DNA from: a virus | Lineage: Duplodnaviria > Caudoviricetes | IMG/VR virus record: IMGVR_UViG_3300021960_000334 | Location: 1-30,389 of that record | Direction: 5' to 3' (one strand) | DNA length: 30,389 nucleotides | Shown here: piece by piece, positions 17,468 through 26,598 of the stretch | How the letters are laid out: each line of letters opens with the position of its first letter | Position numbering within the stretch: the first letter of the stretch is position 1 | Notes under the pieces: model-generated | Database searches by the model: none | What the model saw: only the letters and a program-made list of their open reading frames with translations | What the model was told of the DNA's origin: nothing | Translations under genes and position numbers: made by a program

Positions 17468-19428
17468 TCTACGTCTCTTTCTTCTTCAACCAAGTCAACA
17501 AGTTCACACACACTACCAGTACACGCTAAAGTCTTAGTGCCTACTGTCATATCTGTTAACTCGTACTCGCTAATCAAATCCCAGTCTACAGACTTAGGCA
17601 TTGTCTTAGCCAGTTCATTGTACTGTTTCTTAGTGCAGTCCTCATAAGGTGCTTGTTGGTAGGAGTGGTCAGAGTGTGGTAAGAAACTAACACCACTGAC
17701 TTCATCAAAGTGCTTGTATACCCATGCACCTACTTCCATCCACTCATGTTCTCTTACACTAACAGTAACGCTAGGCTTATGCTCACAGTAATATCTTTGA
17801 TAGGTGAGCCATAGTTCTAGCTGTTCGATAGCAGTCCTGTCGTTCCTAAGTATAGCACCTTCGGGTGCTTTCATTGGGAAGGTAAAGACTTTAACGCTAT
17901 TGGGTTTCATTACATCAGCTTCACAAGGTATGCCTTGGTCCTCCATAAGTTGAGCAATAGGGTCTTTAGCATCTGCTCTTACTCTACGGAAATAGTAGTC
18001 ATTGTGCCTAGTGTGTATACCACTTGCACTATCTACTAATTGACTGACTGTGCCACTAGGTTTAATCGCTGTTGTTGCAGTAGCTTGGCTGATACCTAGC
18101 AGTTCTGACCAATGCTCATTAACCTTAATTGTTTCTTTTCTAAGGTCACTGAGAAAGTCAGGTAAACTTCTTTTACCATAGTAGCCTCTGTCTTCACTGC
18201 TACCATTCATAAAACTATTGTCCATTATACCAGTTAATGATACTCCAAGCAAGGCTTCTTCTTCTGTATTTTTAACCCATTTCGGTCTAAGTCTCTTAAT
18301 GTTAGTAAGACTTGCTTGAAATGTGCCCAGTATAGTGGCTAATCTTACCTTACGGAGCATATCTTTCTGTGTGTCTGTTGCTCGTATCACTACCTCTGTT
18401 AAGTTGCAAAATTGACCATCTCTTAGGATGATTTCACTGCATGGATTACAACCAAAGTCATGCTCTGTATCTCTCCTACCTATGGATGCTACTTGTTTGA
18501 TAGCCGCTTCTCTGTTGAAGATGCCACGCTCACCTGACTTAGACTCATAAAGAGAAGCCCATTCCTTCATGAATATACCCATGTCAGGCTTCTCTGTATA
18601 GCATACACTGTTGTTACTGAGTGCCATTTCCGGTGTGTCTGACCACCACTGACCTGACTTAGCGTTACGCATACGCTCATCAGTTAAGTTTGATAGAGAT
18701 ATAAGTGCTGACCTACGCACACCACCTACGACTACCACCTCTGCTATCTTACACATCATTCTATGACACTCATAACTTGTTAGCTTTCTTCCTACTGACT
18801 CTTTGAATAGGTTAGTAGCGAAGTTAAATAAATCAAGCAGTGGTTCAGGACCACTTGCTCTGCCTCCAAAGGTAGCTAACCTAGAACCTTTGGGTCTAAT
18901 CTTAGAGAAATCCCACTTAGGCATTTCACCATTGTACAAGTAAGTAATAAGTTTTCTAAACGCAGACTGCCATCCTTCCTTGCTGTCTTGTACCACTACT
19001 GTGTCCTCTACATCTATCATCTCCTCAGGTACTTCGGGTAGCTTAGAAATAAATTGTCTTTCTACACTAAATCCTACACCAGTACCATGCATGAGTACAT
19101 ATAAACATTCATCAAATGCTTTTGGATGGTCAACACTAAGGTAAGCACAGTTGTATCCAGCTATGTTGTTATCTTTAAGTGCCTTGCCTGAGGTCATCAA
19201 TGCTCTCATGCTTGGCATAACTTCTAGGTTTAATACTGCATCTTCTAGTATCTTCCTAGTCTTGGGTAATAACTCATGGTTACAGTTCTCTTTTAAATGT
19301 TCTTCCATGAAGTCAAAGTATCTAGCAACTGTTTCTTGCCATGTCTCTCTCCTGTTTTTATCAGGTAGCCACCTAGCGTATCTGCTCAGTGCTATAAAAT
19401 TTTGGTAGTCGTTGGGTAATGTGTTCAT
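17464..19428 (-). CDS. nrdJ: Class II (adenosylcobalamin-dependent) ribonucleotide reductase
   Basis: PSMR, YNC, GTGVGF, GGVRRSA, NPCSEI, FCNL, AIKPSGT, C-terminal ACTGSVC; no beta subunit nearby. Confidence 0.93.
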   Translation of the reverse strand: MNTLPNDYQNFIALSRYARWLPDKNRRETWQETVARYFDFMEEHLKENCNHELLPKTRKILEDAVLNLEVMPSMRALMTSGKALKDNNIAGYNCAYLSVDHPKAFDECLYVLMHGTGVGFSVERQFISKLPEVPEEMIDVEDTVVVQDSKEGWQSAFRKLITYLYNGEMPKWDFSKIRPKGSRLATFGGRASGPEPLLDLFNFATNLFKESVGRKLTSYECHRMMCKIAEVVVVGGVRRSALISLSNLTDERMRNAKSGQWWSDTPEMALSNNSVCYTEKPDMGIFMKEWASLYESKSGERGIFNREAAIKQVASIGRRDTEHDFGCNPCSEIILRDGQFCNLTEVVIRATDTQKDMLRKVRLATILGTFQASLTNIKRLRPKWVKNTEEEALLGVSLTGIMDNSFMNGSSEDRGYYGKRSLPDFLSDLRKETIKVNEHWSELLGISQATATTAIKPSGTVSQLVDSASGIHTRHNDYYFRRVRADAKDPIAQLMEDQGIPCEADVMKPNSVKVFTFPMKAPEGAILRNDRTAIEQLELWLTYQRYYCEHKPSVTVSVREHEWMEVGAWVYKHFDEVSGVSFLPHSDHSYQQAPYEDCTKKQYNELAKTMPKSVDWDLISEYELTDMTVGTKTLACTGSVCELVDLVEEERDVE

Positions 19429-19628
19429 TCTTCATCCTCTAGTGGTGCGATTTCAATGTCAACCATCTTATCGCCATTCTCGTCATAATAATCTTTGTAC
19501 TTTAATCTTCCATTTCTATGTAGTAGTATTGCTGTTGTTATTCCTTTGTCGTATGCTCTCTTGTGTGTAAAGTAAATAGCAACTGCACCTAGTAACATAA
19601 AAGCTAGGCTTATCTCTATGTATTCCAT
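19425..19628 (-). CDS. Small N-terminal TM protein
   Basis: GAGGAG RBS; hydrophobic N-terminus; ATGA overlap with nrdJ. Confidence 0.7.
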   Translation of the reverse strand: MEYIEISLAFMLLGAVAIYFTHKRAYDKGITTAILLHRNGRLKYKDYYDENGDKMVDIEIAPLEDEE

Positions 19629-19789
19629 TCGGTCTCCTCAAAGTCCTCTAAGAATCTATCTTTCTTCTCAATAAGTTTACCTTCAAATGCATCAAGTAAC
19701 TCATCAGGCTCTATCTCTAACTCATCACAGATTAAACAGGTGTCATAAGTTGCAGAGATAAAAGCCTTCAACTCTGGTAGTAGCTTCAA
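19616..19789 (-). CDS. 57-aa acidic protein (absent from ORF track)
   Basis: TTG start with AAGGAG; MKLLPELKAFISATYDTCLICDELEIEPDELLDAFEGKLIEKKDRFLEDFEETEWNT. Confidence 0.7.
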   Translation of the reverse strand: MKLLPELKAFISATYDTCLICDELEIEPDELLDAFEGKLIEKKDRFLEDFEETEWNT

Positions 19790-20595
19790 AAACTTGCTCC
19801 TTTATTGTCAACAAAATAATTGGTTATCTTGCCTGAGGGAATAGGTCTAGCTTCTAGGCTACCATAACAGTCTTCCTTGAATCCACAAAATGCACAGGTC
19901 ATGCATAGCTTCTCCTCTCCTGACTTAGTCATAGTGGTAGCGTTAGCTATTCTCATAGGCGGTGTATCCGACTCCATTTTATTTTTCAGGTCGACAATAA
20001 AAGTATCTACATCTTGTTCAAGTTCCTGTTTGCACAGCTTGAGAGTTGATTTGTTTTTATTTAAAGCAAGGAAGTATCCATGCTCTCTTTTGTCTCCTTT
20101 ACCATAGGCTGATAGTTGTTTGATGTAGCCAAAGCTGTCATCTTTAATACCATCCTCGTCAAACTTGTTATCCCAAGACCATGCACTAGCAGTCTTTATG
20201 TCTACTAACTCACCATCAATAGTACAATCTTGAGAGCCATTAACACCCTCGACTGTGTGTTGCTTTTGTTGGTCTGTCACTGCGTGTCCTGATAGTTTAA
20301 TCAGAGCCACGAGCATGGCTTCTAACACATGACCTTGTAGAAAGGTAAGGTACACACTCCCCTCTATCTCCTCAGGTGTGTACCCCTTCACAGTATACCA
20401 CTGTGCCCTTTCACAACGACCAATGCTAGACATTCTCAGGTCTTTCTTTTGTTCATAAGGCTCAAAGGCATTCTTAATTGCCTGTTCAACCTCTCTACCA
20501 CATTGCATAGCTATGGTATCTAAGTCTCCGGTGTAATCCTTAGACTTCATTACCTCATATACATCAGGTATTAGTGTTTCTATTGTCTTTTCCAC
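19786..20595 (-). CDS. Cas4-like PD-(D/E)xK exonuclease
   Basis: LRMSSIGRCER..WY, GSQD..IDGELVDIKTAS, Y..QL.AY and C-terminal CAFCGFKEDC (1+3 Cys Fe-S arrangement). Confidence 0.8.
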   Translation of the reverse strand: MEKTIETLIPDVYEVMKSKDYTGDLDTIAMQCGREVEQAIKNAFEPYEQKKDLRMSSIGRCERAQWYTVKGYTPEEIEGSVYLTFLQGHVLEAMLVALIKLSGHAVTDQQKQHTVEGVNGSQDCTIDGELVDIKTASAWSWDNKFDEDGIKDDSFGYIKQLSAYGKGDKREHGYFLALNKNKSTLKLCKQELEQDVDTFIVDLKNKMESDTPPMRIANATTMTKSGEEKLCMTCAFCGFKEDCYGSLEARPIPSGKITNYFVDNKGASF

Positions 20596-20842
20596 TTTGT
20601 TGCTCCTCTCTTGTTGTAATTTCTATTAGCCGATTTAAGTACCATTGTGCTTTCTTTAAATCTTCTAATCCATTCTTCATTTTGTATCGAGTTACATATT
20701 TTATCACATTACCTTCAAGAAAACTCATGTTTTTTGAAGTGATATAATCAATGCACTCTATCCCTTGTGTGTAATGCTCCGGATTGATGTTGTCTTTCTC
20801 TCTGTTCTCATTCCATTGCACTTTAATTTCGTTATCCTTCAT
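20564..20842 (-). CDS. DUF3310 protein (T7 gp1.7 nucleotide kinase-like)
   Basis: NPEHY..GIECIDYI...FLEGNVIKY..R...KNGLEDLKKAQWYL. Confidence 0.88.
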   Translation of the reverse strand: MKDNEIKVQWNENREKDNINPEHYTQGIECIDYITSKNMSFLEGNVIKYVTRYKMKNGLEDLKKAQWYLNRLIEITTREEQQSGKDNRNTNT

Positions 20843-21326
20843 GTTTGCCTAATTCTTCTATGTCCTTTAATTTGCTTATAGGTAGATTATGACAGTCTGT
20901 TGAAACTTTCCAATTATTGTCAGGGTCTATACTCCCCTTCTTTAAAAACTTTGAGTCTGCTAAATACTTTTCTTTTTCTAGGTAGCCTAGTATCCATCCT
21001 TCTGACAAATCATTTTTTATTCGGGTAAAAACGTAAAAGTCACACTTTTGTTTAGTGTTCAGGTCAGCTACAGAACATTCATAATATTCTCTAGGTGCTG
21101 ATGTTACCCTCTTGCTTTTAACATCTATTTTTTTGTTATTAAATACTAAATCATAATCATAAGTATTGTTCAAGGAAATTCCTAGTTCCTCTGCTACAAT
21201 AATCTCACCTAAAAATCCAATTACATTTCCTTTTCCTTGTGTTATTGAATTATTTAAAATACCCATGTCACTTGACATTGAATTAGCCAAGTTAACATTC
21301 TCTTTTGTAATTTTAATGTGTTTCAT
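20832..21326 (-). CDS. Putative PD-(D/E)xK nuclease
   Basis: GFLGE...YDYDL.....IDVKSK; WILG. Confidence 0.6.
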   Translation of the reverse strand: MKHIKITKENVNLANSMSSDMGILNNSITQGKGNVIGFLGEIIVAEELGISLNNTYDYDLVFNNKKIDVKSKRVTSAPREYYECSVADLNTKQKCDFYVFTRIKNDLSEGWILGYLEKEKYLADSKFLKKGSIDPDNNWKVSTDCHNLPISKLKDIEELGKHEG

Positions 21327-23028
21327 TCCAACTTCTCCCTATTTTATACTCTCCAGTTATTGGACAGTTTAGTTTGTAATAATCTGTTGTCTGCTCCATG
21401 GCCTTAACAACCAAAGAACCAATCTCATCTGCATCCTCTGGACTACACTCCAGTTGTATCTCATCATGTATAACACCCAATTGCCTGTACTCTAGGTGTA
21501 GTGCAAGTGAGTGAAAAATAACCCATGCCCTCTTACTTATTATAGCACCCGCACTTTGTAGTAAAAAGTTAAGTGAGGCATGTTCGCTCCTAACTCTGAC
21601 GTGTCTGCCATCTAATGCTTTGAGGTATCCCTTGTCTGATGCCTTGCCTACTCTTTCTCTGAGTACTTTAAGGGCGGGTGTATTATCAAGAAAGTTTTTC
21701 TTAAGTACCTTGCCTTCTTCTATACCGCCACCCGCTATACTACCTATCTTCTTGTCTCCCGCACCATAGAGGAATGCATAGATAAATGTCTTAGCCTTAT
21801 CTCTTGTGTCTAGTCCGGCTGACTTCTGATTGGCAGTGTGTATGTCACCTGTTAGTATCTCTTGTGTATAGTTCTCATCTCTCATATAGTGAGCGAGGCA
21901 TCTAAGTTCTAGTCCGCTGAGGTCAGCACCTACTAGCACCTTGTCCTCAGGTACAGTAAACAATGCTCTCATCTCAGAGCCATACTCTTTGCCACTAGCA
22001 GTTACTTGTTGTAAGTTGGGGTTACTACTACTCATCCTATGAGTCACAGTTCCCATAGTATGTACTCTGCTATGTATCCTACCTGTTCTCTCATCTATAG
22101 CATCAAGCCATGAGTTAATCTGACCTTGCCTCTTTTGTAACATAAGGTATCTACCAATGAGTTGTGCCTCAGGTATCTCTACATCCTTGAGTGTGGACTC
22201 GTCAACCTTAGGTCTGCCAGTTTCAGTAAACACCTCAGGCTTCCAACCATAGTGCATAAGATGTCTACCTACCTGTTGTCTACTACCTAAGTTTAGTTCA
22301 GGGTATGCCCAGTAACCATAGTCACCTTCCTCATTGGTATGACATTGCAAGTCTACCTCTGCTTGGTATCCCTTAGTCCTAGTAAAATCTTTCTTGAATC
22401 TAGTCTTAACTGGTGTCTTGCTTTTCCATACAGGCAGTGGCTTGAATGATTTGTGTACTTCTTCTTCTGCTTTTCTTAAGTCATCATTTACTTGTTGTAA
22501 TATCTCTATTGCACCTCGCTCATCAAAGAGCCAACCAGTTCTCTCTTGCCAAGAGCAGTGCCTCTTAGTAGCGTACTCTAGTTGCTTAGCATCCTCACTT
22601 AATCTCTTTTGCTTCATGAGTTTGTAGACTTTAGTTGTAATCTCTACATCTCTTAAGCAATACTCAACCATCTCATCACTTAGCTTTGACCAGTCCTCAT
22701 GGTCTCCCTTAGGGTATCCTAAGTACTCACCCCAGTTAGCTAGTGAGTGGCCACCCTCTCTGCGTGGACTGTCTAGCTGACTGAGTATCAGTGTGTCCTC
22801 TATTGTCGTGTTAGCGAAGTCAGTACCCCATAGTCTTGCAAGTACAGGGATGTCAAATGCTATACCATTGTGAAACACCAATATCTGTGAGTCTATCCAC
22901 TCGTTAAAGTCTTTAGACTCATAGAATACTTGTGTATCTTCGGTGTATATGTCTTGCACTGCTACGCACCACACCTTAGTGGCTTCTATACCATCAGTTT
23001 CTATGTCGCAACTAAAAGTCTGCGTCAT
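21313..23028 (-). CDS. polA: Family A DNA polymerase with 3'-5' exonuclease (T7 gp5-like)
   Basis: DIETDG, HNGIAFD, YCLRDV; GADLSGLELR, RDKAKTFIYAFLYG, VIHDEIQ. Start refined to ATG 23028. Confidence 0.95.
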   Translation of the reverse strand: MTQTFSCDIETDGIEATKVWCVAVQDIYTEDTQVFYESKDFNEWIDSQILVFHNGIAFDIPVLARLWGTDFANTTIEDTLILSQLDSPRREGGHSLANWGEYLGYPKGDHEDWSKLSDEMVEYCLRDVEITTKVYKLMKQKRLSEDAKQLEYATKRHCSWQERTGWLFDERGAIEILQQVNDDLRKAEEEVHKSFKPLPVWKSKTPVKTRFKKDFTRTKGYQAEVDLQCHTNEEGDYGYWAYPELNLGSRQQVGRHLMHYGWKPEVFTETGRPKVDESTLKDVEIPEAQLIGRYLMLQKRQGQINSWLDAIDERTGRIHSRVHTMGTVTHRMSSSNPNLQQVTASGKEYGSEMRALFTVPEDKVLVGADLSGLELRCLAHYMRDENYTQEILTGDIHTANQKSAGLDTRDKAKTFIYAFLYGAGDKKIGSIAGGGIEEGKVLKKNFLDNTPALKVLRERVGKASDKGYLKALDGRHVRVRSEHASLNFLLQSAGAIISKRAWVIFHSLALHLEYRQLGVIHDEIQLECSPEDADEIGSLVVKAMEQTTDYYKLNCPITGEYKIGRSWNETH

Positions 23029-24670
23029 TATTCCATCCGCCCACATCAGGATTAACACCTTTCTCTAGCCTAGCAGTTTCAGGGTTAAAGTATGTCCAAC
23101 CGGCTTCTCCTGTCTGACCTGTTCTTCTTAGCTTGGGTACTCTAATGCGTGTTGAGTTCTTAGTATAGTCATCCTCTGCTAACTTATCTCTTGAGAATAG
23201 TATGTTGGTGTGACAAGCCTGTGGTATTGCACCACTACCTTTAACATCATACTCACTAATCTTATGAGGATGAGAGCCATCATCAGGCTTCCTTGTATGT
23301 GTACTCAGTATAACTGCACACTTAGTTTCTTTACATAGCTTTATGAATCTGTCCATGACTTCTTCAATGTTCTCATTACTTAGGTTTTTAATTGCAGTAT
23401 GCAATGGGTCTACCAATATTATACTACAACCTAATCCTTTTACAAAGTATCTTATCTTAGAAAACATTTCCTCAAGGTCAATGCTACCACCACCATCATT
23501 GTGTAGCTGTATCTTTGTGCCAAATCCTATCTCAATAGCCTTGTCCATGATGTTGTCTACATTTAGTTCTGTTGGTTTAACAAGTTGTAAGTTCTCTGCT
23601 GTGTGTACACTCACTACCTTTCTTATGGTCTCATCAATGTTATCCTCTACCATGAAACAGCCTATCTTCTCATCAGTTTCTGTGGCAAAGTGGTAGATGA
23701 GTTCGTTAAGTATAGTAGTCTTACCAATACTGGTATGTGCTATGATTGACACTAGTTCTCCCTTTGCTATACCACCTCTCATCATATGGTTTAAGTCTCC
23801 GAAAGAGTCAGGCAATGGTACAAGTTCAGTGTTCTTGTAATCAAGCATAGCTTCTCTCATGTCCTCAACAGTAGCTACACCACTTACTGTGTAATCTTTA
23901 GAGTAGTTCCACCACTCGTCTAGGAATTCTCTACCATCACCATTCTTGAGGTAATCACTAGCATCTTTGTGCTTGGCTAGTGTAAGTATCTTACATTTAT
24001 TCGGGCCAAGTATAGGTGCTATCTTCTCTACTGCCTCTCTACCGGCCTCGTCATTGTCAAAGCATAATACTACAGTTTCAAATGAGTCAAGCCATTGAAG
24101 GTTAGCCTTAATGTTAGCAGTAGAATGTACACCATTGTTAATGGATACTGATGCCCAACGACTACCAAACATTTCATAGACAGCCATAGCATCTAACTCT
24201 CCCTCACATACTGTGACATACTTGCCACCACCTTGGAACAAGTTCTGTCCAAATAGCATGTTCTGATTCGTTGTATCTCCCTTACCAAAGAAAGTCTTAT
24301 TGGATACAATCCTAGTTTTCATACCAACCATATGATTCTTTTGATTGAAGTAAGGGTAATGATGTTTGATTACCTTACCTTTGGCATCTTTCTCACACTT
24401 TACCTTGTATCTCTCTAAGGTTTCGGCTCTTAGTTTTCTGTCATGTAGTGTGTAATAGTCACCTCTGTACTCATGCTTCCATGAGTCATCATGTTTGTCT
24501 GTGATTTGTATGGGTGTCTTAGTATGTGTTACATAGCCATGCTCACCACAAGCAAAGCAATGTGTTTGTCCATCTGAATACACAGCTAAGTTATCTTTAC
24601 TAGTATCCTTGCCATTCTTTGCACAGCTAGGACATTGTTCTTTTCTTACTAATTCGTTCTTACTTTCCAT
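23012..24670 (-). CDS. Primase-helicase (T7 gp4-like)
   Basis: CPSC/CFAC zinc finger, TOPRIM EGELDA and FDNDEAG, Walker A AHTSIGKTT, ILVD, VKGSGAI. Start at ATG 24670 (GAGGAG). Confidence 0.95.
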   Translation of the reverse strand: MESKNELVRKEQCPSCAKNGKDTSKDNLAVYSDGQTHCFACGEHGYVTHTKTPIQITDKHDDSWKHEYRGDYYTLHDRKLRAETLERYKVKCEKDAKGKVIKHHYPYFNQKNHMVGMKTRIVSNKTFFGKGDTTNQNMLFGQNLFQGGGKYVTVCEGELDAMAVYEMFGSRWASVSINNGVHSTANIKANLQWLDSFETVVLCFDNDEAGREAVEKIAPILGPNKCKILTLAKHKDASDYLKNGDGREFLDEWWNYSKDYTVSGVATVEDMREAMLDYKNTELVPLPDSFGDLNHMMRGGIAKGELVSIIAHTSIGKTTILNELIYHFATETDEKIGCFMVEDNIDETIRKVVSVHTAENLQLVKPTELNVDNIMDKAIEIGFGTKIQLHNDGGGSIDLEEMFSKIRYFVKGLGCSIILVDPLHTAIKNLSNENIEEVMDRFIKLCKETKCAVILSTHTRKPDDGSHPHKISEYDVKGSGAIPQACHTNILFSRDKLAEDDYTKNSTRIRVPKLRRTGQTGEAGWTYFNPETARLEKGVNPDVGGWNNDADF

Positions 24671-24685
24671 CTTTTCTCCTCTCTT

Positions 24686-24713
24686 AAAATAAACAGGGCA
24701 ACCGAAGTTGCCC
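24686..24713 (-). terminator. Intrinsic terminator / stabilising hairpin after ssb
   Basis: GGGCAAC-TTCG-GTTGCCC (cUUCGg tetraloop) followed by TGTTTATTTT. Confidence 0.8.
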
Positions 24714-24745
24714 ATATTATAACCTACTTTATTTAAAAGTACAAA

Positions 24746-25132
24746 TTAAAATTCAGAAGGGTCGTATTCTTCAACTCCATCTGCCTTCTCATCTACCCTT
24801 ACACGCTCTAAGTAAGTGTATCCATCATAGGGTGCTTTGCCTTTCTTTACAAGCATAGTTACTTTGTCACCAAACAAAGATAGGTGAGTAGCATCTACCT
24901 CATCCTTATCTGCATTGTAAATCTTAGGCTGACCAAAGTCTACCTTACGCTTAGAAGTAATTTGAGTCTTACCCTCATACTCCTTAGTCACTAAGCCATT
25001 CTTCTCCGCTTCCTTGATACCTGATTTATCTAAGGATACAGTAAGTGTGTACTTACTTTGTCCTTTGAACACATCAGGCTGTGTTACTTTGTTAAACACA
25101 ACTTCACCAGTCAATGATATATAATCACTCAT
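24746..25132 (-). CDS. ssb: Single-stranded DNA-binding protein (T7 gp2.5-like)
   Basis: OB-like size, acidic tail ending in Phe (VEEYDPSEF), adjacent to primase; strong RBS. Confidence 0.75.
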   Translation of the reverse strand: MSDYISLTGEVVFNKVTQPDVFKGQSKYTLTVSLDKSGIKEAEKNGLVTKEYEGKTQITSKRKVDFGQPKIYNADKDEVDATHLSLFGDKVTMLVKKGKAPYDGYTYLERVRVDEKADGVEEYDPSEF

Positions 25133-25185
25133 TTGTACATCTCCTTATAGTTAACATTTAGTGTTACATCTAGCAGTATTCTAAG

Positions 25186-25249
25186 TAATACTACTAAAAG
25201 TGTAGTAGAAAAAATGGAAGTAAAAACTACTACACTCTTAGTAATACTA
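25186..25249 (-). other. 23-bp inverted repeat in AT-rich leader
   Basis: Arms 25186-25208 and 25227-25249; the three imperfections are all G-U on the minus strand. Confidence 0.75.
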
Positions 25250-25328
25250 AGTAAGTATCATTGAATAAATGTTATTTATTTATATAAACAATAAAGTGGT
25301 TCAATGTTTTCTTTCTTAGAATATGTGT

Positions 25329-25357
25329 ATTGTAGCATACATAAAATACTCTGTCAA
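25329..25357 (-). promoter_or_regulatory. Sigma70 promoter for the replication operon
   Basis: TTGACA-17 nt-TACAAT with extended TG. Confidence 0.85.
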
Positions 25358-25429
25358 GGCTAATAGTCAATTAATTTTATTTTGCTGATAGTCAATGAAA
25401 AAATAAAAAATATATACAAAAATACAGAC

Positions 25430-25453
25430 AAAAAAAGAGGGCATTTCTGCCCT
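25430..25453 (-). terminator. Intrinsic terminator ending the early operon
   Basis: AGGGCA-GAAA-TGCCCT followed by CTTTTTTT. Confidence 0.85.
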
Positions 25454-25691
25454 AAGTTTTCTTTAAATCTTCATGTTTCTGCACTAGGTATCCTAACTTG
25501 TGCATCATACCTAACAGAGAGTCCTCGTCAGCCTCGCTTAAAGCTACTTTTAAGGCCTGTTCTCTTTGTTCCCTTTCAAACTCCTTACTTTCAAGGTATT
25601 CGTCTACAAAATCCATGCTATCGACCTCACCATATTCGTTAACACGACCATTATCTTCACACCAACTAATGTATCTTTTTATTCCACTCAC
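25452..25691 (-). CDS. Early hypothetical protein
   Basis: GTG start with GGAGG; 79 aa. Confidence 0.7.
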   Translation of the reverse strand: MSGIKRYISWCEDNGRVNEYGEVDSMDFVDEYLESKEFEREQREQALKVALSEADEDSLLGMMHKLGYLVQKHEDLKKT

Positions 25692-25831
25692 TATAATCCT
25701 CCATATCCATCAGGACAACAACATGGACAATAATACTCGTCATCATGTATAAAACAAATATAAATATTAGTCTTATCTCCACAATCTACGCAAGTTCTAT
25801 CATCACTTTCTTCAAGTTCACTTTCGTACAT
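25691..25831 (-). CDS. 46-aa Cys-rich (metal-binding) early protein, absent from ORF track
   Basis: MYESELEESDDRTCVDCGDKTNIYICFIHDDEYYCPCCCPDGYGGL; GGAG RBS. Confidence 0.7.
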   Translation of the reverse strand: MYESELEESDDRTCVDCGDKTNIYICFIHDDEYYCPCCCPDGYGGL

Positions 25832-25840
25832 ATGTTCTCC

Positions 25841-26038
25841 CTAAAATTGAGGCTCAAACTCTATGCCTCTATCCACTAAAGACTTGAAATGCTCTGCTTT
25901 ACTTTTGTAAAACCTAGCATCATCAAGTCTATCCTCGAAGTCAGCATCTAAATATAAATTGTACAACCTTTTGTATTCGATTGCACAATCTATAAGTTGA
26001 TGGTTAACTTCCCAATTTCTTCCAGTTAAGTCAGTCAT
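25841..26038 (-). CDS. Early hypothetical protein
   Basis: Start refined to ATG 26038 (MTDLTGRNWE...), overlapping the upstream stop. Confidence 0.65.
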   Translation of the reverse strand: MTDLTGRNWEVNHQLIDCAIEYKRLYNLYLDADFEDRLDDARFYKSKAEHFKSLVDRGIEFEPQF

Positions 26039-26258
26039 TGAGTCTATTATACAACAATTCAAACTCAACATCTTCCCTTGATGGTGTGTTACCACCAAGA
26101 TATTTCTTGAGTATCTCCTCAGTATCTTCTTCAATAAGCCTAATCTTTTCTATGCGGTCATTGATTTCTTTTCTGAGTTTACTCTTGACTTTGTTCTTCC
26201 TAGTCAGTTCTTGCTCAAGTTCTTTGAGCCATTCGTTACTCTCTGTTGCTCCTTTCAT
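26031..26258 (-). CDS. Early coiled-coil protein
   Basis: AAGGAG RBS; ATGA overlap. Confidence 0.7.
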   Translation of the reverse strand: MKGATESNEWLKELEQELTRKNKVKSKLRKEINDRIEKIRLIEEDTEEILKKYLGGNTPSREDVEFELLYNRLND

Positions 26259-26485
26259 GTGTACTCCTTGTCAATGAAATCACCACGACTCATACCTTTG
26301 TCAGCGTACTCATCCTCAATCAAGTGAGCATCATTATCAGTATGCCAAGCTAATTTCTGCTCAAGCTCACTAATATCTGCCCAAAGACTTTTAATCTCTA
26401 GCTTGAGTGCATCATTTTCTTTCTTGAGAGTTCTATTAATTCTCAAGGCCTCATCATTAAAGTGTTTATTGTTATTCGGGTTCAT
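26255..26485 (-). CDS. Early coiled-coil protein
   Basis: Start refined to ATG 26485 (GGAG upstream). Confidence 0.7.
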   Translation of the reverse strand: MNPNNNKHFNDEALRINRTLKKENDALKLEIKSLWADISELEQKLAWHTDNDAHLIEDEYADKGMSRGDFIDKEYT

Positions 26486-26598
26486 TCTAATACTCCAAAA
26501 AAATATAACCAGACAAGTATGTTGACACTTAGATAACACATTGTACTAAATGTCAACACAGTTTCTTCTACCTTTAGCTTTGTATTCTCATTCAAAAT

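Noticed and set aside
19786-20595. CRISPR-Cas locus
   Set aside because: Stand-alone Cas4-like nuclease in a replication operon; no other cas genes or array.
17464-24670. Introns, inteins or homing endonucleases in nrdJ, polA or primase
   Set aside because: ORFs are continuous and of normal or compact length.
26520-26558. Divergent promoters from two TTGACA hexamers
   Set aside because: No good -10 at 16-18 nt on the minus strand and only a poor one on plus; better explained as hairpin arms.
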